Shown one piece after another: positions 43,014 to 55,800 of a DNA stretch of 64,000 nucleotides. Within the stretch, counting starts at the first letter, position 1. Each line of letters opens with the position of its first letter. The notes under the pieces were generated by a model. The model ran no database searches. It saw only the letters and a list, made by a program, of their open reading frames with translations, and had not been told where the DNA came from. The DNA lies in the NCBI RefSeq assembly GCF_000143415.4, contig NW_003314275.1, positions 2,693,671 through 2,757,670 of the forward strand, written 5' to 3'. Both the position numbers and the translations under genes were made by a program. Source of the stretch: Selaginella moellendorffii. Its lineage: Eukaryota > Plantae > Lycopodiophyta.

Positions 43014-46000
43014 ATGATCAGTAGTTTGATGCGGCAGTTGGTCAGGCAGAGCCAGGAATCCGCGACTCCCAGCGGTGATCGGATCGATGCTCCTCCCAAA
43101 GGTCCGGATGATGAATCCCCGCCTCGAGCTTCGCCTCTGACTCCTCTCAAACTCAGGTCGGAGCAATCTCCACCTCCCGAGAATGAGAATATTTCGCCCT
43201 CTCCTCTGCCGCGGGCGATCGCATCACTGTCTCCAGGTATGGCGAAGTAAAGTATAATTCGGTATATCGAATTCTATTTTGTCCCTATAGGAGCATCGGC
43301 CGGAAAGAATGAGCAGTGTTCTTCCACAGGGTTTGAGGTACGGCTTACTTTCTTTTTTTTTTTTCTCAAGTTCCAAATTAGCTAAAATCTATGTTCCGGT
43401 TTTATAGAGTCCCCGCATCTCCGATTTTGGGAAGGATACTGATTCTCCAAGGTTTCAAGCGCTGCTACAGCTTACGAGCGGCTTAAAGAAGACCAAGCTA
43501 CGAAGCCTCAACAAGAGCTTTGAGGTAGAGGCAAAAGATCTACACGCAAACATGTATTGGCGGCCTCACAGCTTTAACGACGTTGAGGTTGGTGTGCACT
43601 TTCTTTTTTTGTTCTTTTTGTTCTTCTTTATTACACCACCTTTTCAGGAAATCATCTCAGCTTTACGTGAAAAATTCAACTTGGCAAAGGAGGAAGTAAA
43701 TGCAGAGCTTGCGGCGTTTGAGCTAGAGCTAAAGGAGATTCTGCGGACAGGAGACGTGCCTCCCGGGGAAGAGAAAAACTTCGAAGAGCTGCTGGCTGTG
43801 GCCCGGGCATGTCTTACGATGACGCCCTTCGACTTTCAGCAGCAGTGTGAGCGTGTGGTCCAGGCGCTCGATGAGAAGAGGCAAGAACAGTCAAATGGTC
43901 TGCTGAAGCAGCTTTTCACGCGCATTCTCTTCATCCTCACACGCTGTACTCGCTTGCTCCAGTTCCGGAACGAAAACGGTCTGAACAAGGATGGCTGCCT
44001 GAACAGGTTTCCGAGACATCCAAAGTCCGACACCATCGCTGATGCAACGGATGGAAAGGATTCGCGGTCCTGTCCGGCAACACTGAAGTTGTTAAAGCTT
44101 GAAGACAGGGTCCTCAACAAAAACCAAGATGAAAACACAGCGAAAGATGGTTCTCGTCAACTCGAGCAGTCAAGCAACGGGCTTGTTTGCCGGATATGTG
44201 AATTACGGGTTCCAGCGTTTTTCTTTGAAGGACATTCGCGTGTATGCGCGGCTGCTGATCGGTGCGATCATGACAAGCTGGGGTTCGATGACAGGTTAAA
44301 CAGACTCGCTGAGACTTTGGAAAAAGTCGTAGAGACTTGCTCGCCGAAAAGCCAGGCAGAAGGTGACAGTTTGTCTCCTAAGCGAACGGACGATAACACT
44401 CCCCGGTCTCCGTTTTCCTCTGGTTCCATGGAGGAAGCCGATGATGTCTACGAGGTAACATTTATATTTTCTTTGCTCGTGATAAAAGTTTCTTCTCTAC
44501 ACGCAGATTGAAGAACTGGCATATCTTGCTAGATGTGTCGCAAGAGTGAACGTCCTAGACGAGTCTGCTCTGGAACATTTGAGTGTTTGCACTCAGAACG
44601 TTGAAAAAATCCTTCATGATTGTAAGGCCGAAGGTTTGACGGCAATTACATATGGAGAGAGAATAAGATCTCTTGTCAGGTAAGTTCGTTGTGTTGATGT
44701 AGCGTTCGTTGGAGCTACTGAAAATGCTGTTGCAGGCAAAAGTACTTGGAAGCTTCTAAAGCTTGTGAGCATAATGACTGTGTATCAAAGGAACCTGCAC
44801 CTTTACCTTGTAAGCACAGAACCAGCATTGAGGACTTCGAAATTATCAAGCCTATCAGTCGTGGCGCGTTTGGGAGGGTGTTTTTGGCCAGAAAAAAGAC
44901 TACTGGTGATCTGTTTGCTGTCAAGGTCTGGAGCTATCATTTATATTCGTAGATTTAAAAAAAAAAATCTGTTACGCTTTAATCAGGTTCTTCGAAAATC
45001 TGACATGATACGAAAAAATGCCGTACGGAGTGTTCAGGCCGAGCGCAACATCCTCATCTCTGCTCGAAATCCATTTGTGGTAAGTTCACAAGTTTGACGT
45101 CTCAAACCCTGCCTAACATTTGGTTTGTAGGTCCGTTTTTTCTATTCTTTCACATGCAGCGAGAACCTTTACTTAGTCATGGAGTACCTGAACGGGGGCG
45201 ATCTATACTCATTGCTCATGAGTATGGGATGCCTTGAGGAGGACATGGCACGCGTTTACATCGCTGAGCTCGTACGTAGTTAGAAAGACCCTGAGTTTGT
45301 TGTGACGTTATATACAGGTCCTGGCACTAGAGTATCTGCACTCTTTAGGAGTTGTACACCGAGACTTGAAGCCTGGGAACATACTGATTGCGCACGATGG
45401 ACATATCAAAGTAAGTGAATGGTGGTTTTTAAGTGACTAAAATTGTGCTTTCAGCTGACCGACTTCGGTTTATCAAGAATGGGTCTTATCAATAGCACTG
45501 ACGACCTTGCTATTGCTATGAATGACGATAGGGAACATAATCAGCTAAAATCAGCTGTGGGGACGCCTGACTACCTGGCCCCTGAGATTTTGCTGGGAAC
45601 TGAACATGGTAACGTTTTTCTTACTGACACGTTTTCATTGTATTGTTTTGATAGCACTTTTCTTACGGATTGTTGTTTTCATTGTAGACCATGCCGCCGA
45701 CTGGTGGTCTGTTGGGATTATCTTGTACGAGTTTCTCACTGGTGTTCCTCCATTCAATGCCGAGCATCCTCAGGTGCCTACCGAGGAATCATTTTGTCAA
45801 TTATAACGCTCTTTCTGCAGATCATCTTCGACAACATCCTTAACAAGAAGATTTCCTGGCCGCGAGTCCCGGAAGATGTATCATATGACGCCTATGATCT
45901 AATAAACAGGTATGAGCTCAATACACCAGACCTCCATCTCAGAAACGAAACTTACACAGGCTCCTCACCGATGATCCAAAACGACGCTTGGGTTACCGGG

Positions 46001-46604
46001 GTGCCGGAGAGGTGAAGGCGCATCCATTTTTCAAGGATGTGAAATGGGACATGCTTGCGCAACAGAAGGTACAAGAGAAAGCAATCTCTTCAATCTAATG
46101 GCGTTTCGTTTCGCTGTGATAACAGGCAGCATTCGTTCCATGCCCGAGTGACCAGCATGATACCAGTTACTTCAACTCGAGGTCCAGGTCCATGGACAGC
46201 ATCGAGGAAGAGGATTCATTCGGGAGTACCTGCAGCATGGACTTGTTTGAAAACAAGCTTGGCGACGAGGTAAGCGAAGCAAATCTTTACACTCTTTCTT
46301 ATAGCTTTCCATTGCTATAGGCCGATGACGATTGCCATGAGCTCACCGAGTTTGAATCATTCTCCCACGTCACATTTAGCAACTTCTCTTTCAAGGTATG
46401 CGAGACTCTCCCTCTCTCTCTCTCTCCCATTTTTCTTCCATCCCCCACTCCATTTTCTCACCCAACTCTCATCTCCATCTCACTGCCGCGGTGGAAAAAC
46501 CAAATTTTCAGAACCTCTCGCAGCTCGCGTCCATCAATTACGACTTATTGGTGCAAAACGGCACCGGCATGGAGTCAATGGGAGGCCGACTTTCCAGTCC
46601 ATGA
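43014..46604 (+). CDS. IRE/IREH1-type (MAST-like) AGC Ser/Thr kinase, multi-exon
   Basis: [31 protein letters not shown] zinc finger, [59 protein letters not shown]. Confidence 0.92.
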
Positions 46605-46960
46605 CGAGAAACCGAAAACAATGAGAGGAAAACGAACGAAAAACGAAGAGAGCCTCTTTTGTAGCCGATTGTAAATACATTTTTCCCTCCGTAAAAGTTT
46701 TTTGAACGGCATACCGTACGTGTTCGTTGGTACGGAGTTCTAGCAATGTCACGGGACTGGGACATTCTTACAGTTAAGACGCGGCGGTTCGCATCATCAA
46801 TCGGTAAGTCTCGTCGTTCGCGTCGGGCTTGCGAGTCTGTGAATGAATCCCGTGAAGAAGAAGAAGACGAGCAGGGGATCGGCAACGCTCCGAAATCTCT
46901 CTGGATGTTGTCAGCGAGGACCCATCGAATCGATCCAAGGAATCGCGCAGTTCTCATCAG

Positions 46961-48475
46961 ATGTTTAATTCCGGAGGAGGAGGAAGCAGTGCTCGGATGC
47001 GCTACAGCACTAGCACCAGCGCTTCCACATCGTCGCCCACCAATGCCGCCAAGATGCGCGCGGCGGCGTCGCTCCAGTCACCGCCCAAGACCAAGCCCGG
47101 CGTGGTAGATTCCTACCATGGGGACTGGAGCCGGTCCAGCAACTCCACCTCCACCATTGCCACCAGCAGCTCCAAGAGGAAGAGCCTCAAGCAGCACGAC
47201 CACTTCGCCAGCCCGCCCCGGAGAGTCTCCCTCGCGGTGGAGCAAAAGGAGAAGATCCTGAGCTTGACGGAGCTCAACAGCGCGCTGTCCAAGGAGGTGT
47301 CGGGGCTCCAGCAGGACAAGCGCAGCCTCGCGGAGAGAGTCAACACCCTCGAGGACGATTTGCGCACCATCGGGGACAAGATCTTGAGCCTGGAGCAGGA
47401 GAAGTTCGAGCTGGAGGGGCGAGTGGACGAGTCCCGCGTGGATCTGGCCGGACGGGAGAGCAAGATCCAGGCGCTAACGCACGAGAAGCGCAAGGTGGAG
47501 TCGGAGAAGCTGACGCTGCTCGACGCCAAGGGCTCGCTCGAGTCGCAGCTGGTGGAGAGCGACAAGAAGGTGAAGGAGAGCTCCAAGCGCGCCGAGGACG
47601 CCGAGGCGGTGGTGGCGGTGGCGGTGGAGGAGATCGACAGCCTGGGCCACCGCCTCCAGCACCAGTCCTTCATCTCGGAGATCGCCAAGAAGATCGAGCT
47701 CAACGGGCTGCAGTCGTGCAAGGGCGCGCTGCGCAAGGAGCTCAAGCGCTTCTCCGGCATGGTGATGAAGGCCAAGGAGGAGGTGGGAGAGGCGCGGGAG
47801 CTCATCCAGGCGCTCAAGGTGGAGGAGGGACGGTCTCGGGAGGAGAGGTCTAAGCTGGAGCGCGCGCTCGAGGCGGCGATCGAGCGCTCGGGGCAGCTGG
47901 AGAAGCAGGAGAAATCGCTGCTGGGGCACGTCCAGCTACTGGAGGGGAAGGTGGTGGAGCTCGAGACGGAGCTGAGGGCCGTTAAGGCGGAGAGGGAGAG
48001 GGCAGTGGCAGAGGCCTCGGCGGCGGAGGAGATGTGCTCGTCCGAGCACGGCCTGGACGCCATCCGGCGCAGCATCGCGCTCCTGCGCGAGAACTCGCAG
48101 CGCGGGATGGAGAAGGTGGCGCTTCTGCAGCGGCAGATCGCCGAGGACCAGCTGCAGGGCGGGCACGCCATCGATCTGGACGCGGCGAGGGCGGGGCTGG
48201 AGCAGCAGATGAAGGAGATCATGGCGGGATCCATGGAGGCGATGGTCAAGGCGGAGGAGCAGCTCCTCCAGCTGCGGCACGAGGTGGACGGGTTGAGCGC
48301 GGCGCTGGCGGTGGCCAGGGACGCGAGCGCCGAGAGCGAGAGGGACATGTGGGCGGCGGTGCGGCGACTGGGGCGGGAGGACTCGTGGATACCTCACATC
48401 CCTGCCAGCGCCACCTACATTCTAGCGCTGGGCCTCTTTGCCTACGCCATTTACAGCTCTTCGTCTAGCGAGTAG
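46961..48475 (+). CDS. Long coiled-coil, tail-anchored membrane protein, intronless and GC-rich
   Basis: Ser/Thr-rich N-terminus, ~370 aa heptad-rich region, C-terminal TM (ATYILALGLFAYAIY) with a short tail. Confidence 0.75.
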   Translation: MFNSGGGGSSARMRYSTSTSASTSSPTNAAKMRAAASLQSPPKTKPGVVDSYHGDWSRSSNSTSTIATSSSKRKSLKQHDHFASPPRRVSLAVEQKEKILSLTELNSALSKEVSGLQQDKRSLAERVNTLEDDLRTIGDKILSLEQEKFELEGRVDESRVDLAGRESKIQALTHEKRKVESEKLTLLDAKGSLESQLVESDKKVKESSKRAEDAEAVVAVAVEEIDSLGHRLQHQSFISEIAKKIELNGLQSCKGALRKELKRFSGMVMKAKEEVGEARELIQALKVEEGRSREERSKLERALEAAIERSGQLEKQEKSLLGHVQLLEGKVVELETELRAVKAERERAVAEASAAEEMCSSEHGLDAIRRSIALLRENSQRGMEKVALLQRQIAEDQLQGGHAIDLDAARAGLEQQMKEIMAGSMEAMVKAEEQLLQLRHEVDGLSAALAVARDASAESERDMWAAVRRLGREDSWIPHIPASATYILALGLFAYAIYSSSSSE

Positions 48476-49269
48476 TGGATACATTATTTTGACTTTCATT
48501 GACTTTTTTATTTAAATTCAAAATTATTATTTAAATAAAAATATAACATTTTCCATTAATTTATCGTTTATTTTCTTGGTGACTTGCAACATGAAATTAA
48601 AACGATATGGATAGGAAGATGGCTAGGAAGATGTTAAAGATGTATAAATAACAGTGTTTCAGATCTTTATTTATATCTATGGAAGTGTTTGGCTAAGATT
48701 AACATTCTTGAGGAAGCTTGTGGACAAAGGTAGCGGCAGCAAACACTTCTGCAACGCCCTGGCTGCCGACCTGGCTTCCAAATCATAAACCTGAAGTAAA
48801 AACAGCTTCTCAAGAACAAATTGCTGTTCCTGACTTTGGAATTAATCCAGCTGAAGCGGACGTTCCAAAAAGCTCATTGGCATTCTCCAGTCGAAGGGCA
48901 TCACTTCCATTGGGTTCGCTAGGTTCTGCTGGGGAGGTAACTAAGACTGCCTTGTGATCATCTCGAATCTGAATTTGCTGCTGCTGCCTCCACAACGAAG
49001 GTTGCAACCACCATTGACAAGGAAAGCTCGGATTGCAACGCAGTCTTCTTGTGTCACCCTGTTTTCGCTGGTGAATCACATTCTTCAGTCGTGATTTTTC
49101 TGATTTCACTTTGATTACGTTCCTCTCCAGCTTGTAAACCACCCATCGCATTTCTAGCAGCAGAAGTCGATCAATCTTGCCCTGTTAAGCGATTCCTTGA
49201 GAAAGCAGAGAAAGTAAACTTTGATTACTGTAGCCTCTATTTACTCTTCGCTGATCAATGCACCTTTGG

Positions 49270-49420
49270 AAACAGACACATTTCGGTCAAGATTTATCCA
49301 GGGACCTCTCATGGCTGGACCATCCGCTATGATGTGAAGGAAGCATCTGCTGTAAAGAGTGTTGAAGAAGCTCATGACGACTTCATCACTTGGTTCCGCA
49401 AGCATCTTTTAAGATGCAGC
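49270..49420 (+). pseudogene. Dienelactone hydrolase-family C-terminal exon fragment
   Basis: Translates VKIYPGTSHGWTIRYDVKEASAVKSVEEAHDDFITWFRKHL; no upstream exons recognised. Confidence 0.6.
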
Positions 49421-49812
49421 CATTTTCTAAGTAAAAGCCGAGCATATTCTATGACAAAAATATTACACGCCGTTCGTGTGCCTGTAGTGCTTTCATAAGT
49501 TTGACTTTGGGTGTGTGGACTGAGTAAGCCCTTGTTCACAAATTTTCTTTATACAAAACGGCGGGGTGTTTGTCCGAGCATTTTAGTTATAGTGTCAATG
49601 CAGAAAGCTGTTAAATGCGTGCTGTGAGAGAATTGTTTTTAACGCTTTTGCTTACATTCTTCAGCTTGTTGCAGACTTGGGAGCCTGAAGCCTGAGGCCT
49701 ATACAGGAAATGCAAGTGATTGCGAGGCCTGTCATCGATCTGAACGATCAATTAAATGAATCAGAGCTAAAAAAAGTTAATGATATTCGGATATACATAA
49801 GGTTTAGGAGTT

Positions 49813-52800
49813 GGTATGGTGCAGCTGCTCATGAAAAGGAAGGGTGACTTCCTGGTGGACTCTGTAATGGATTGTTTGGGACAGAGGCGATGGCACTACG
49901 TGGCTTTCTACACTGTTGTGGACATGGCACTTTGAAGGCTAGATTACAGGGATCTAGTGTGTATTTGATCATCCGTGCGTGCAAGGCAGAGTGATGGGTA
50001 TCAACAGAATTATGATGGAGGCCATCGTCTGCGAGAAGCCCACGTATTATGACACTATGAAGGTATTTGGGACGACGACCTCACTTACACCAACATTCAC
50101 TTTTGCATCGATGGCTACAAGAGGGTGCCAACAATGATCGAAGCAGTCGCTCCAGCAGCAGCAGAAACAGCAGCAGCCACAGAAGATGCCATTGTTTAGC
50201 CGACGTCTGATCAAGTACATGAGGTTAGACATGATACCCCATGAGATTCAAGGGCGTGGCCCAGGATTGAGAAAGTTTTGGCAAGAGATGGTTTCTTGGA
50301 TGGAGCGGACCTATTCGGCAGTGCTGGATCACTGGAGATGCAGGTGCTGCTGGTGTTTGATGTGCGGATGTTGGCACATGAGTGGGAGTTGGTGTTGAGG
50401 AGTTTCGACAAGTCCAAGTTGTTGGTTAGATTGTTGCGAATGGACATGGAATGCTCACCTGATGTTGAATTCGATGAAGGGATTAGTCAGGAGGATTTTG
50501 ATCAAGAGACTTATGATGAACTTGTTGAGGACCTAGAAGCTGCAAAGATGGTGGCGCAGAATGGTGGCTTCAACAAGATTTGGACGAATACGTGCGTGGA
50601 TCTCTTCAACTTTCAGGTGGGGGTGTGGAGGAGATCATCAAGTGGTATGGTGAGCTCATATTCAAACCCGACAGAAACAATGGATACAAAGACAACTTGA
50701 GGATGACTTCAGCCTGGGTGAGCACCCAAATAAGCAGGAAGTGAAATACAAGATGACCAAGAGAGGTTTGCGATGTCTCAGAAGAAGCTCAACCTCTAAT
50801 CCTAGCGAGCAAGAATAAGAAGTAATGAGATTCTTATAAGGTTAGATCCAATGCTGTGACTCACAACAGTCAATAAGGTTCACTTTATTCAACTCCAAGG
50901 TCTCTCACAAAGCTGGCAAAAGACAAGGACGACTTCCTAGGAGCAAGTGCCACCCTCCATTCTCCTACTTTTGTGGCCGGAAAACTACTATGCAAGTGTT
51001 GAGGATTTCCTTGCTAGAGCTGGAGCACCTTTTCTATCTAATGTATATGCTGTTTTGATAGAAAGATAGACTAATGATGCAAGATGGTTCATTGTTGTGT
51101 ATACCTTTCCAAACAATAATGATTGATAGATGCTAGAATTGATGGGCAGATAACTGTTATTTTTCTTTTAGAATCTACAGATACTCAGACCGCGTTTAAT
51201 GGTGTGGAGGAGTCGCAGCATTAAATCTAAAACCCTTCACACATGATTGGAAATACCAAGGCTAGCGTATGCAATGAACTTGTAGGAAATTTTTCTTTTT
51301 TCTTTCTTTTCAGTCTCTAGAGAGGCTCATGCACTCATGATGTTGAAATGATGATTAAGTTCAACCCAGACTAGCGGGATTTAAGAGTCCCCAACATCAT
51401 CGGATATAAATTGAAGTTTGATTGAGTTCTTCTCAAGTCGTGAGGCTTTGAATCACCCCAAAAAAAGCTTGTACACTACCAACTCGCAGTTTTTTTCTCA
51501 CATAACAGCAGTAGTGGTCGAGAACAAAAGGGAGATCATAGCAAAAAAGCCATAAGGGCCAAGCATCTCTCCTTCTTGTGTTCCATTATTTTCTTTCTGA
51601 CACTACAGATCAAGGAGGATGCGAGAGAAACACAAGCTGGGAGAGGAAAAATTTCAAGGATTTTCTTGGACGAGGAAAGCTTAGTGTCGTCACTCCGCGA
51701 GCTTGGCCCTGGATTGGTCGAGCAGCCTCTCCAGCGCTGCTTTTGCAACGATGGAACTTTTCCAGTGTCCAAAATGTGCTCGACAAGTGAGGCTGCACTC
51801 ACAGCGAGAGTCAATTTCCCCTTCTGCTATAATAAAAAAACTGTCAACTTACAGCTTGCAACCAAACAGAATCCCCTCTTGGTTCGCTTGATGCAGTGAT
51901 CGTGTTTGCTTTGCTTTTGCTAGAGTTGCTTTGCCTAGTTGAAATATCAAACAAAGAGAGATGACAAGCCAAAACAAAAAAAAAAACTATGCACCTCCTT
52001 TACTGTATATCTGCAATTCCGACTGTCATGATCCACTCATAAATCCTCAACCACCACAGCCAGTTGCTCTCCTGAAAGTAGAAAAGGAATTACAAGCACG
52101 AAGTCGCGCTCCACCAGCTTGCATTCTAGTCTCAAGTTCCACCTGCAAGATGTCATGAGTAAACTGACAGATTATAATTTCAACAATCAGATAGAACTAT
52201 CTAAAGTTACCTGAAGCTCAAATCAATCTCTAGGCATGGATCATTGAGAGAACATTGCGCTGGGGAGCTGGGGTGAGAAAGATCATCTTGGCGTGCTGCA
52301 GCTCTCCAAGATCATAGAAACATCCAAGTAGCTGGTTCCAGGACGAAATATCATGCGGCGGCATTCTCTCTAAGATCGTGCTCATATCTTGGCCGGGACA
52401 AACAGATTCCACACCGTGTACGTGATCTAGGTACCTTCAAACAGAAGACTTCACTCACTCAAGAACAAGAACATTGCAAGGGGAACTCCCGGAACTTACA
52501 ATCAGCATAACCTGGGGCTTCTTCTCAACCTGGTGGACACATGCAACAGCTGCAGCTTCTTCCTTGTGAGAGCATGAAGAAGCCTCTTCCTGACCTGGTG
52601 GACGCAAGCAACGGCCGCAGCTTCTCTGCAAGAGCCCTAAAGATTCGAGCTTGGCCTTGATCTTTTGTTTGCTCAACCTTGCTTGCTCTCTTTCTCTCTT
52701 TTCCGCATCAAGGAGGAAAATGTAGAGCACTGGGAAGCAATTCAGAATAGGGAGATCATTGCTCTCATGGATCATAAATGCCTCAGAACATGCCCAAAAG

Positions 52801-55800
52801 GGACATCTGTAGCAAGTGCTTGAAATGATGGGAGGACCAGAGGAAAAGCCCATCTGGCTCTAGAATGCAATGATTCAAATGTTGACGATGTCTGGGAATT
52901 TTGACAAGGCCATGGAGCTGTTTAGGATGATCCCAAAACACTGAGATGAAGTGTCATGGAACTCCTTGGTCACTGCATTTGCCCTCAAGGGGGATTTCAA
53001 GGCAGCATCAAGCTTGCAATCCAAAATGCTTAAGACACTTCATTGTTTTCTTATTGCAAAGACATGGCAATGACATGTTTTTGCTACCATGGCCCTCTAC
53101 TTTTGGAGTGTTATCAGCTGGGGAGAAGCTAGAATGTATGCCATCATGAGAGAAGATCTGAAAGTGATGGGGGGTGCTTGAGTGAATGATTGTCTAGGCC
53201 GTGGCCCCAATGGGGAAAGGGCACAGCAAGAATATTGAGACCCTTGAGGATTATTTTCAATGTTGTAAGAGCAACGCCAAGAAGGCCCAACATCAACAAC
53301 TTTGGCACTTTTTAGTTAGTGGGATTCATCCGGACAATCTTTATCACTCGTTGATTTTCTTGGATGCACTATTTCTTGGTGCATCTAGAAGCATGTTTGG
53401 TGATAATGTCAGAAAGCTCAACCAAAAGGTAATAAAGTTGCAAAGGCTTCGGAATGTTTGTGCACATTGCACAGAGGTGCTCCAGGAGCAAAACCAGGCA
53501 CTCCAGGCAGCACTTCAGGGGCAAAACCAGGCACTCCAGGCGACACTCCAAGGGCAAAAGCAGGCACTCTAGGGGCAAAAGCAAGGGCAAAAGAAGGGGC
53601 AAATTTCTGAGCAAGAAGTTGAGATAAGAAGAAGTGTATTAGAAGATATCGAGAGATGGATCTCTAGTGGCATCATTCCAAGGCAATTGACAAAACTACA
53701 AGCCTCTTACCAACAAATAAAAAAGTTCATGAGACACAAAAAGTTTCTGTGAATTTGAGCTTGTACATAGAATATATATGTAAATATAGGATATTATATC
53801 TATAAATATAATGATTATATAGTAGGAACTATACTTATTGCAAGTCAAGCAGTAAAAGTAGCAAAAGATCACTTAAGTTTTTTAATGAACCCTATCCCTT
53901 GCTCTCGTCAAAATCTTTATTCTCCTTGGTCTTTGAGAACATTAAACACTTGAGATTCAGCACAGTCGAGCCAACTCTTCTATACATCAAAAACGCATGC
54001 AATAGCACCAAAGGAAAGAAGATAAAATTTCCTCCTATTTCTAATGTTTACAAACCTTGTTGATTGCACACGACACTTCGTTATAAAATCTTCTATAGTG
54101 AGTGGTTTTGGCACGGCAAAAAATGGCCGTTTCAAGTTTTCATTGTGGTTTGCTAGAACCAAGAACATTCTACATGTTTTGGCAAGGCTAAGCTATTTAG
54201 TATTGCTCTAGTGTTCCGATTGTTTGTCATCTCAGTACACTATGGATGGGGACTTTCAACTAGTTTATATACGACAACTTTTTGGCTTTTCAGGTTGTAA
54301 AACACACAAACAGTGGCACACTTGTAGTTGCAAGACTGATGAAACTCCTCTAAGCAGACCCAATTGAAAATAGTAAAGAGCTCATCTATTGCATGAGGAG
54401 TTATTGCTTGTTTTTGCTTTCAATTCCAACCTCTTTGACCTCACAACATAGCATTTTTCTGTGGCCTCATTCAATGCAATGCTAAGTCCTCCTTGATTAT
54501 TATTAGCTTTAATAATTTGAACTCTCACAAATTTATTATTATACAAGATTTATTGCTGCCATGATTACCAGGCACTTTGCACTAGATACCAAAGCAGATG
54601 CCACCATTTTCATTCCCAGAAAAAAGGAACACTATGATTGCCTAGCAGCAATAAACTTAAGGAACTTTCCACTATTTCTTGTTGTACATTTTGCAAGAAA
54701 ATATATTGCAAAACAAAAGAGAATTTCATCTGAATATTCTAAGTACGTTCTTTACTCTAAAAACTAAGAAAATTTAGCATCAGTTTGTAGGGCTAGGGTA
54801 TGGCGCAGCTGCTCATGAAAAGGAGGGGCAACTTCTTGGTGGACTCTGTAATGGATTGTCTAGGACAGAGGCGATGGCACTACGCAGCCTTCTGCACCGT
54901 TGTGGACATGCCACTTTGAAGGCTAGACTATAGCATCTAGCGTGTATTCGGTCATGTGTGCGAGCAAGGCAGAGTGTCGGGTATCAGCAGAATCGCAATG
55001 GAGGCCATCATCTGGGAGAAGGCCACATCCTATGAAGAGCACTACGAAGGTATTTGGGACGACAACCTCACTCACACCAACATTCACCTTTGCGTCCACG
55101 GCTACAAGAGGGTGCCAACAACGATCAAAGTAGTCTAGGAAGAGCTCCAGCAGCAGCAGAATCAGCAGCAGCCATAGGAGATGCCATTGTTTAGCTGACA
55201 TCTTATCAAGTACATGAGGTTAGGCATGATACCCTGTGAGATTTGAGGGCATGGCCCAGGATCGAGAAAGTTTCAGTAGGAGATGGTCTCTTGGGTGGAG
55301 CGGGACTTGTTTGGCGGTGCTGAATCGCTAGAGATGCAGGCGCCGCTGGTGTTTGATGCCAGATGCTGGCACATGAGTGGGAGTTGGTGTTGAGAAGTTT
55401 CAACAAGTCCAAGTTGTTGGATAGATTGGACACGGACTGCTCGCCTGATGTTGAATTCAATGACAGGATTAGTCAAGAAGATTTTGATCAAAAGACTTTT
55501 GATGAACTTGTTGAGAACCTAGAAGCTGCAAAGATGGTGGCGTAGAATGGTGGCTTCGACAAGATTTGGGCCTAGCTAGGGAACGCATGCGTGGATCTCT
55601 TCAATTTTCAGGTGGGGGGTGTGGAAGAGATCATCAAGTGGTATGGTGAGCTCAAATTCAAACCCGACAGAAATGATGAATACAACAACAATGTTGAGGA
55701 TAACTTCAGACTAGGTGAGCACCCAAATAGGCAGCGAGTGAAATACAAGATGACCAAGAGAGGTCTACAACCTCTCAGAAGAAGCTCAAGCTCTAATCCT

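Noticed and set aside
19346-48468. Many long antisense or alternate-frame ORFs (e.g. 21532-22641, 36659-37645, 47113-48348)
   Set aside because: Shadow ORFs expected opposite GC3-rich real genes; no recognisable motifs.
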